Shown here: in pieces, positions 24,928 to 32,000 of the stretch
Layout of the letters: each line of letters begins with the position of its first letter
Position numbering within the stretch: position 1 is the first letter of the stretch
NCBI RefSeq assembly: GCF_000015945.1
Contig: NC_009033.1
Coordinates: forward strand, 1,230,001-1,262,000
Direction of reading: 5' to 3'
DNA: 32,000 bases
Source: Staphylothermus marinus F1
Lineage (GTDB): Archaea > Thermoproteota > Thermoprotei_A > Sulfolobales > Desulfurococcaceae
Notes under the pieces: generated by a model
Databases searched by the model: none
Told to the model about the DNA's origin: nothing
The model's input: only the letters and a program-made list of their open reading frames with translations
Position numbers and translations under genes: made by a program

Positions 24928-25821
24928 TTGGTAAAGATCGGTATTATATATAAACAGTTAACTGACAGAGACTTTAAAGTATTAGAAGCTATTGAGAGAG
25001 GGCATTCTAAATACGAGTATGTTCCGTTGGAAATCATTGAGAAATATACTAGACTTCCCGAACAACATGTTGTTCTTTCTTTATCTAAGCTTCATAGGCT
25101 AAGTCTAGTTAAGAGAAAGTCTATTTCAGGATACAAAGCATTTCGTCTAACCTATTTAGGGCTTGATATGATTGCATTAAATTATTTAGTTAGGAAAAAC
25201 ATTATAGAAGCAATAGGGGATCGTATAGGCGTAGGGAAGGAGAGCGAGATCTTTAAAGCTATTGCTCCCGGCAATATTCTTGTAGCCGTTAAATTCATGC
25301 GTATAGGTAGAACTAGTTTTAGGAGAACAAGAATTGTTAGATCATGGGGGTTTAATCCTAGGCTAGACTGGTTCAAACAAGCTAAAACTGCCGCTGAAAG
25401 AGAATTTAAAGCAACCCATGAACTATTTCTTGTTGGTGCAGATGTTCCTAGACCTTTAGCATTTAATAGACACGTTGTAGTAACAGAGTACATTAGCGGT
25501 ATCGAACTATATAGGAGGCCTCAATTAAACAATCCAGAAGTTGTTCTTGACAGAATATTAAGTACTCTTAGAAAAGCATATTTGGAGGTTGGCATTATTC
25601 ACGGGGACTTGAGTGAATATAATGTTATAGTTGATATTGAAAAGAATAAACCCTATATCATTGATTGGCCACAATATGTTTACAGAGATGATCCCATGGC
25701 TGATCACCTTTTGAGAAGAGATGTAGAATATATAGTCAGGTTTTTCAATAAACATTATAAGGTCGGAGTTGATTTAGAAAAAGCCTATTTATATGTTAGG
25801 GGGGAATATGAGCACTACTAG
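24928..25821 (+). CDS. rio2: RIO-type serine kinase Rio2 (N-terminal winged helix + RIO domain)
   Basis: The N-terminal wHTH reads LTDRDFKVLEAIERGHSKYEYVPLEII. Kinase motifs are GVGKESEIFKA, VAVKFMR, IIHGDLSEYNVIV and IIDWPQ. The start codon is TTG. Confidence 0.88.
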   Translation: MVKIGIIYKQLTDRDFKVLEAIERGHSKYEYVPLEIIEKYTRLPEQHVVLSLSKLHRLSLVKRKSISGYKAFRLTYLGLDMIALNYLVRKNIIEAIGDRIGVGKESEIFKAIAPGNILVAVKFMRIGRTSFRRTRIVRSWGFNPRLDWFKQAKTAAEREFKATHELFLVGADVPRPLAFNRHVVVTEYISGIELYRRPQLNNPEVVLDRILSTLRKAYLEVGIIHGDLSEYNVIVDIEKNKPYIIDWPQYVYRDDPMADHLLRRDVEYIVRFFNKHYKVGVDLEKAYLYVRGEYEHY

Positions 25822-27844
25822 AAAAAATATTGTAGCAGGAATTGATATACTTCCAGGATATTCTGCTCAATCAAGTAATAAACAGCCTCATTATGCCCTT
25901 GTACTCGTAGATTTAAATGGAAACATAATTGACAGTTATGAAGACGTATCATTTGCCCGCCTTTTAAGACTTGTTTGGGAACATAAGCCATCGATAATAG
26001 CAATAGATAATGTTTTTGAGTTGGCAGAGAATGTTGATGGTCTAAGAAGAATTATTGACATGTTACCGCCTCAAACAAAGCTAGTACAGGTAACAGGGTG
26101 GGGACCTGAAGCAGTTAATGTGAAAACAATAGCTAGGAAAATGGGATTAGAAGTTCATGGAAAACTATCACCATTAAAAACAGCATATCTAGCCGCTCTA
26201 ATAGCTTCTAAAGGAGAAGGTGTTGTAGTTAAGCTGCTCGAAGAAAAAACAAAAATAATAGTTACACGTGGGCGTAGCGTAGGGCATGGAGGAATGAGCT
26301 ATGATAGATATAGAAGAAGCATAAGAGCAGGAATACTTAATGTTACGAAGACCGTTAAGAAGATTCTTGATCAAAATGGTTTCGATTATGATCTAGTATT
26401 TCGAAAAAGTAATGGGGGACTAGAAAAAAGCATCTTTACAGTATATGCTCCCCGAGATAAACTTTATGGTTTGATAAAGCCTTTTAAAAATAAAAGCGTA
26501 CGACTTATTGTAAAACCAATATATACAAATAAGGTATCATTCGAAAATACTGGAACAGAGAAGCCAAGAAAAGGATTAATAATAGGGATTGATCCAGGAA
26601 TAAGTACTGGTATAGCAGTTATTGATCTTGAAGGAACTCCTTTGTTTCTATATAGTTCCAAAAACTTTGATCGAGGAGAAATACTCAATATAGTATCATC
26701 TATGGGAGAAGCTGTCATCGTCGCAACAGATGTATCTCATCCCCCAGAGCTAGTTAAGAAAACAGCCTCCATATTAAATGCACAATTATATCTACCTCCA
26801 AGAGATATAACAAACGATGAAAAACATAATCTGATAAATAAATTATTGAAAAAATATCCATGGCTAGATGTTCAGGATACACATGAAAGAGACGCATTAG
26901 TAGCAGCATATAAAGCATATCTCTCCATATCTGAAAAAATCAGGCAAGCACTCTTGAAAATAGAAGATATCGATTTATCCATCGATAAAGAGAGAATAAA
27001 AATAAGTATAGCCAGAGGAAAAAGCATAGCAGAAGCTATCGAAGAGGAGATTAGAAAGCTTCTCAACAAAGAGAATACGACGATTACGACCATAAAAGAT
27101 AAGACTGTGGAGAACCATAACATTATGGATGATCAGAATAGAAAATTTGAGAAATTTATTAATGAAATAAAGCGATTAAGAGCTTACATTGCTAGGTTGG
27201 AAAACAAACTCAAAGAAAAAGATCAATTAATCGAAGACTTAATATTAGAACTAAAGTATGTTAAGAAGTCAACTATTAACAATGATAAATACAGTAGAAA
27301 AATCAATTTACTAATTAATGAAAACTTAAGTCTCAGAAAGAGACTAAAAGAAATGGAAGAAAAACTTGTTGAAACCCATAAAAAATATATGGAGCTTGGC
27401 AAACTACTAGAAGAAATAGTGAAGGGTGAAGAAATAGCTGTTCCGCATATTGCTAACTTATCTTATAATTCGGTTAAAAAAATTGTTAATACATCTAAAA
27501 TAGAGAAAAATGATTATAATATAGTATATGTTGACGAAATTATGCCTTTAGATAACAATACGATTCAAACTCTAAGGAAATATAAAGTTGCAATACTTAC
27601 GAAAAAAGATTATGGTCAATTATATATTGATTTAAAGGTTCCAGTTGTTCAAGTTAAAGATGCGAAGTTTTATGATAAATACGCTTTTATCAAAAAAGAT
27701 ATACTATCAGTAGTTGAAAAGCAATGGAGAAAAATAGAAGAGATCATTGCTGAGGAAAAATATGAACGTGTCATTAAGCTGGTTGAGGAATACCAGGAGA
27801 AGAGAAAAAAGAAGCTCGGAATAGAAAAACTCACACCTTATTAG
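25808..27844 (+). CDS. DUF460-family protein (predicted RNase H-fold/RuvC-YqgF-like nuclease with coiled coil)
   Basis: There are two GID-type modules: VAGIDILPG...IIAIDNVFEL, and LIIGIDPGISTGIAVIDLEG...VATDVSH...HERDALVAAYKAY. A long coiled coil follows at about 27120-27420. ATG 25808 is preceded by a GGGGGG element and overlaps the rio2 stop by 14 nt. Confidence 0.7.
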   Translation: MSTTRKNIVAGIDILPGYSAQSSNKQPHYALVLVDLNGNIIDSYEDVSFARLLRLVWEHKPSIIAIDNVFELAENVDGLRRIIDMLPPQTKLVQVTGWGPEAVNVKTIARKMGLEVHGKLSPLKTAYLAALIASKGEGVVVKLLEEKTKIIVTRGRSVGHGGMSYDRYRRSIRAGILNVTKTVKKILDQNGFDYDLVFRKSNGGLEKSIFTVYAPRDKLYGLIKPFKNKSVRLIVKPIYTNKVSFENTGTEKPRKGLIIGIDPGISTGIAVIDLEGTPLFLYSSKNFDRGEILNIVSSMGEAVIVATDVSHPPELVKKTASILNAQLYLPPRDITNDEKHNLINKLLKKYPWLDVQDTHERDALVAAYKAYLSISEKIRQALLKIEDIDLSIDKERIKISIARGKSIAEAIEEEIRKLLNKENTTITTIKDKTVENHNIMDDQNRKFEKFINEIKRLRAYIARLENKLKEKDQLIEDLILELKYVKKSTINNDKYSRKINLLINENLSLRKRLKEMEEKLVETHKKYMELGKLLEEIVKGEEIAVPHIANLSYNSVKKIVNTSKIEKNDYNIVYVDEIMPLDNNTIQTLRKYKVAILTKKDYGQLYIDLKVPVVQVKDAKFYDKYAFIKKDILSVVEKQWRKIEEIIAEEKYERVIKLVEEYQEKRKKKLGIEKLTPY

Positions 27845-27845
27845 A

Positions 27846-29075
27846 CTAGTAAAGTATTTCTTTTCCTTCAAGTATATCCATAGTTACTTTGGTTATATTA
27901 GCTAGTTCTTCATCAGCTATTGCCCTTATTTCTTCAACAACATGACCAGGTAGTTCAAGATGCTTATTATCTGGTATTATTTTAATACTAGCTACAAGTG
28001 GTTGATCAATTGGTTTCCCTATCTGGCTCAATAATTCTACATATACGTCTTTGAACCCATCTATACTTTCATATACTTTCTCTGCTATTCTCTTTGCAAT
28101 TACATTATATATTTTACCTACATGATTCACCGGGTTCTTGCCGGCAGTAGCTTCAAGACTAATAGGTCTCATTGGAGGTATTAATCCATTAGCTCTATTC
28201 CCTCTCCCAGTAGCTCCATCATCTCCGTGCTCAGCAGAGGTACCTGTTACTGTTAAGTAAACAACTCCTTTATCCGGCATATCAGCTGTATTAACGAATA
28301 CCTTTACATCATAGTCTCCAGCTATTTTAGATGCAAGATCAAGAACATCTTCTTTGATTTGCTCTTTTATGTTAAGGTATTCATCTAAGTCTCTAACTAA
28401 ACTATCAATTATTGCTGCAGCAATTGTTAAGAAAATCTTTTTATCTTGTCTAAGACCCATAACCTTAACATCTTCGCCAACAGCTGGATTACGGGATTTA
28501 TAGTCTCTAGAGTTCAACATTTTTTCTGTCTCTAGAACTAATTCCTCAAGAGTTGATAAAGGAGCATACCCAACTCCTATACTTGTATCGTTAGCCAACG
28601 GAATAGTTTTCTTTCCAGCTTCGAAAACAGAGACAAGATCAGTACTTCCTTTTCTAACTTTGTAATCAATGATCACATGTCTATCTGGGTCAAGATATCT
28701 CATGTTCTTTTTTATCCATTCACGAACAGCTTCAACAATTAATGAGCCAAAAGGAACCTTAATTACTCCATCTTCGGTTTTTACTTCGGTAGTAGCTCTA
28801 CCAGCTACAACAATATATATTGGTTCAATAATATAACCTCCACCAAAACTAGGATTCGATTGTCCACCGACTAAAAGGGTTTTATCAAGGTTGTGATGTA
28901 GGATCGTTCCAAACTCTTTGAGATAATATTTGCTAAGAGCTCTTGAAGCCCACTCACTAGCAGAGTCAGCAATGTAGTCTGGATGCCCGACTCCTTTTCT
29001 CTCTACAAGTTCTACTTTCATATCTTTTACGCTTTGATACTTGAGTGTCTCTACAACAATGTTTCTCTTCGTCAT
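27846..29075 (-). CDS. metK: S-adenosylmethionine synthetase, archaeal type
   Basis: [15 protein letters not shown] and [17 protein letters not shown] are present, and the length is about 400 aa. ATG 29075 (MTKRNIVVE) is preferred over 29114 because a TATA-like palindrome at 29123-29134 would place the TSS downstream of 29114. Confidence 0.92.
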   Translation of the reverse strand: MTKRNIVVETLKYQSVKDMKVELVERKGVGHPDYIADSASEWASRALSKYYLKEFGTILHHNLDKTLLVGGQSNPSFGGGYIIEPIYIVVAGRATTEVKTEDGVIKVPFGSLIVEAVREWIKKNMRYLDPDRHVIIDYKVRKGSTDLVSVFEAGKKTIPLANDTSIGVGYAPLSTLEELVLETEKMLNSRDYKSRNPAVGEDVKVMGLRQDKKIFLTIAAAIIDSLVRDLDEYLNIKEQIKEDVLDLASKIAGDYDVKVFVNTADMPDKGVVYLTVTGTSAEHGDDGATGRGNRANGLIPPMRPISLEATAGKNPVNHVGKIYNVIAKRIAEKVYESIDGFKDVYVELLSQIGKPIDQPLVASIKIIPDNKHLELPGHVVEEIRAIADEELANITKVTMDILEGKEILY

Positions 29076-29187
29076 CTTCGCAACAACCTCGTAAGTATTA
29101 ATTGATAAAATCAAATAAGCTTATCTATATAGATATTTTGGTGACAATATAAATCTTATATCCCACTCTAATAACCCTGAAGCTATA

Positions 29188-31179
29188 TTAACATTCAGTA
29201 ATCAAAGGAGCTTTGCCTCGTTTTATCCCTATTATCCGCGATTTACCAGGTAATCTATACATTAATTCATTCTTAGTAATTCCTATAACATGATCTTCGA
29301 GCTTTTTATGGAAGGATCTAATTAATTTATCTGATACTTCGCCTATACCCATGTCTCCCGGAACAATAACAGCATACACTATGCTTTTATTCGCTACTAG
29401 TTCTTCAGGTCCAACAATGATTCTCTGATATAATCCGTAGACAGGGTCGCAGTTCTCCTCTATACCAATAGCTAGCTCAAGTTTTGTCTTGACATAGTTT
29501 TTCTTCCCATATATCATAAATGCTCCTTTCGACAAGTATTCTCCGCTTGGAGGAGTCTTAGAGACCTGGCTTGCATGTACCCAGAAAACATCTATTGCTC
29601 CAAACCCTTCGTTCCAAGCCTTAGAATAACAAGCTGCTATAACTGCTGCTTCTTCAATACTTTTCTGACTCGGCATCCTATTATGTGTTTTTATAACTGT
29701 AGCTGGTGCTCCATGTATATCTGCATGAAGAAATATATCATGGGGCTCCATATATTTCTTAACAATTAGCTCATTCTGATCAGCATCTCTCCCAGCTATA
29801 ACTAAGAACCCCTCACTTGTAATCATCCAATGGAATCGCTCATACCATAGACGAGGCTTTATTCCTATCTCGGTTTTCTTCTCAATTAATTGTTTTTTAT
29901 TCACAGCTTCCTCCAACGATTTCTCGAGTTCTCTAAGTGCTTCCTCAGCTCTTTTAGCTTTTTTTAATAGTTCTCCAGATAATTTTTTGTATCTGAGAAT
30001 ATTGTTCCACGTATCTAAACGTATATCGATCGGTATTTCATAGTCATCGAGCTTAACAATTACTATTCCCTTATCCTTATAAAATTCTACAATATTTGGA
30101 CAATTCTCAACGATCTTTTCCCAACCACTAGTTCTCCTAGTTTCATGCACGCATTTAAGGATTTTTTCCAGCACATTATAGTTTGTAACTAATGTTTCTG
30201 AGAATTTTCTATACTTCTCCGATTCTTCAATATATTTCTTAATAATTTTTTGTTGTTCTTCTATATTCTTCTTTATCTTCTCTATGAGCATTTGTTGCTT
30301 AGTTGTTTTTTGTTCATAATATATTCTCTTCTCGTATTCACCATAGTAAATATCTAAAACATGGTTTAATTCATCATATTTTTCCACATTTAACTCGTAT
30401 AGTTCCTTATATAGTTTGGGTTCGTAAGACGTATAAATGTGTGGCTCGTTATTTAGCTTAACTAGGTAGCCTTTTCCCTCGAGAACTTCATTAATAATTT
30501 TTTCGAATATATAAATTAGTGAATATAGATCTGTCTTTTCGATCATATTGATCTTGTAGTTCTTTTTCTCATAGAGTCCGGCACGATATATTAGTTCTTC
30601 AGCAATATATCCTGGTAATCCCCATCCTTTAACAATACCTCTAACTAAGTCTTTTCCTTCACCTAGTAGTTCTAATAGTTTCGCATCATCTAGTTTTAAA
30701 AGATCTATTCTACCGGGTGGCGGTGTATATTTGCTTCCACGCTTGATGATGCGGTCTCTAAGTTCTTGGAACCTATTGGCATATAATATATTATATGTTT
30801 CATTTGTTAATACTAAGAAACCTCGAGGCATGATCTCATTAATAAGTATATATTTTTTGTTTCTACTCTTAACATGTAACTCTATTATTCTCTCCCATCC
30901 AAGTTGTTTTACATCTACTATTCTTGCTCCTCGAATATATTTTCTCATAAATGAGGAGAATTTATCGATCTTCTTCTCTAAAGGATCGATGTTTGATACG
31001 TGGAGACGAATGCTTGGCTCAATTTTTAAGTAGCTTTTTCCTTTTCCAGGGCATCTAATTTTTAATAACCAATAAAAACCTGTAAAATATATGTTTTCAA
31101 TGAAACATCCAATGACTTGTTTTCCAAAATTGTTTGTCCAACTATAAATATCTAGTATATCCATTGCTTTTTTAATCAT
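29188..31179 (-). CDS. NFACT-family protein (Rqc2/NEMF/FbpA homolog; ribosome quality control)
   Basis: An N-terminal NFACT-N-like region is followed by a central coiled coil. The NFACT-R/DUF814 block reads YERFHWMITSEGFLVIAGRDADQNELIVKKYMEPHDIFLHADIHGAPATVIK. Confidence 0.88.
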   Translation of the reverse strand: MIKKAMDILDIYSWTNNFGKQVIGCFIENIYFTGFYWLLKIRCPGKGKSYLKIEPSIRLHVSNIDPLEKKIDKFSSFMRKYIRGARIVDVKQLGWERIIELHVKSRNKKYILINEIMPRGFLVLTNETYNILYANRFQELRDRIIKRGSKYTPPPGRIDLLKLDDAKLLELLGEGKDLVRGIVKGWGLPGYIAEELIYRAGLYEKKNYKINMIEKTDLYSLIYIFEKIINEVLEGKGYLVKLNNEPHIYTSYEPKLYKELYELNVEKYDELNHVLDIYYGEYEKRIYYEQKTTKQQMLIEKIKKNIEEQQKIIKKYIEESEKYRKFSETLVTNYNVLEKILKCVHETRRTSGWEKIVENCPNIVEFYKDKGIVIVKLDDYEIPIDIRLDTWNNILRYKKLSGELLKKAKRAEEALRELEKSLEEAVNKKQLIEKKTEIGIKPRLWYERFHWMITSEGFLVIAGRDADQNELIVKKYMEPHDIFLHADIHGAPATVIKTHNRMPSQKSIEEAAVIAACYSKAWNEGFGAIDVFWVHASQVSKTPPSGEYLSKGAFMIYGKKNYVKTKLELAIGIEENCDPVYGLYQRIIVGPEELVANKSIVYAVIVPGDMGIGEVSDKLIRSFHKKLEDHVIGITKNELMYRLPGKSRIIGIKRGKAPLITEC

Positions 31180-31272
31180 GTTAAACTATCACCTAACCGT
31201 TTTATTGATAAATCCATTTAATGTATATATCGGAAAATAGGGTTTTCAATAAATTGGGTTTGGAGAATAGAT

Positions 31273-31566
31273 ATGTTTAAACCAAGTAAGCTAGATGATA
31301 GAGTCGTTATTATAAGAGCAGTGTTAGGGATTATTTATGGTCTTATTTCCTATTTCCTAGTATATAAACTAAGCATAACTCTTCTAACACTCGATTTATC
31401 AAGTACTATATGGGTTCTAGCCGGAATAGTATATGTTGGATCCGCGTTTTATATTCAATATTGGAGTCGTAGTAGAAGCTTATTCTTAGTATTTGTTAGG
31501 GGATTACTTACTTTTTATGCTACTTGGCTAGCAATATTTCTTGTCCTATACGATCTCCTAGGTTAA
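31273..31566 (+). CDS. Hypothetical small membrane protein (3 TM)
   Basis: A GGAG SD lies upstream of the ATG and three clear hydrophobic helices are present. No family is recognised. Confidence 0.5.
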   Translation: MFKPSKLDDRVVIIRAVLGIIYGLISYFLVYKLSITLLTLDLSSTIWVLAGIVYVGSAFYIQYWSRSRSLFLVFVRGLLTFYATWLAIFLVLYDLLG

Positions 31567-32000
31567 TCCTAATTCCTTCTTAATATTTTCAGGAATCCTA
31601 CCAGTTTTCAAATATTCAACTAATTCGCTTGATAACAATGGTTTGCCATCTATTATAGGGTATCTAAATGGTAATCTAATATAACCATATTCTGTTTCCA
31701 AAGTAACTCCATCAATATACTGTATTTTCTCACTTGATTTATTATACCATAATGAATTAACAAAATATACTGCTCCATCAATACTGTATTGTCCATCACC
31801 AATATTTCTTCTTTTAACATTTCTTAATCTCTTAGAGAGAAGAGCTTCAGTCCGCTTGCGAGGCGGGTGATCACCCAATATACCTCCTATTATAACATAA
31901 TCATTTTCGACTAGATCCTTAAAAGATAATTTTTCCTCAGCTGCTGGATCAAGAATTATTATTTTGTTCTCGTCGACATATCCCTGCTTAACTAAATCTA
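31558..32000 (-). CDS. Conserved protein, 5'-truncated by window edge; possible SPOUT-class methyltransferase (DUF431/Sfm1-like)
   Basis: The minus-strand frame stays open past the tracked TTG start to the window end (DLVKQGYVDENKIIILDPAAEEKLSFKDLVENDYVIIGGILGDHPPRKRT...). The IIGGILGDHPPR.RT motif recalls the DUF431 family, from memory only. Confidence 0.45.
   Translation of the reverse strand, partial: DLVKQGYVDENKIIILDPAAEEKLSFKDLVENDYVIIGGILGDHPPRKRTEALLSKRLRNVKRRNIGDGQYSIDGAVYFVNSLWYNKSSEKIQYIDGVTLETEYGYIRLPFRYPIIDGKPLLSSELVEYLKTGRIPENIKKELGLT

Noticed and set aside
1-32000. Search by eye for CRISPR arrays, IS/transposase or integrase genes, long direct or terminal inverted repeats, tRNA/rRNA genes, inteins or frameshifted pseudogenes
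   Set aside because: None were found. All long ORFs are intact and single-copy-looking, and no regularly spaced repeats are present. This was a manual scan, so short or degenerate elements could have been missed.

Overview
AT-rich, gene-dense archaeal chromosome segment. Gene content and protein sequences look like a hyperthermophilic crenarchaeon of the Desulfurococcales type; this is inference from thermosome, Cdv and RpoK sequences, with no search run. About 36 protein genes are packed with many short same-strand overlaps. Almost all are core housekeeping: thermosome (5'-truncated), RpoK, M50 protease, type IA topoisomerase, Sec11-type signal peptidase, enolase and the cdvA / cdvB-cdvC (ESCRT-III/Vps4) cell-division locus. 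Also present are a PAC2-type proteasome chaperone with sHsp, DRG GTPase, RNase HII, a phosphohexomutase, Trm112-like protein, TIP49/RuvBL, MfnA-type decarboxylase, ArsR regulator, Rio2 kinase, DUF460, archaeal SAM synthetase and NFACT/Rqc2. I see no rRNA, tRNA, CRISPR array, transposase, integrase or recognisable defence island, and I cannot point to a coherent new multi-gene protein system. The least-explained signal is non-coding: four short GC-rich islands stand out in long AT-rich spacers (7829-7910, 10883-10960, 18331-18400, 20085-20158). One reads as a good box C/D sRNA, one as a C/D-like RNA with an 11-bp internal hairpin, and one as an H/ACA-like hairpin. The fourth lies just 3' of cdvC and carries an exact 12-nt copy of the cdvB translation-initiation leader (ATGGGGCGATGA). 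Secondary leads are the overlapping rio2-DUF460 pair, an uncharacterised pair at 18437-19983, and an ArsR / palindrome / membrane-protein / Nramp-like cluster. All RNA and regulatory calls are unverified readings by eye.
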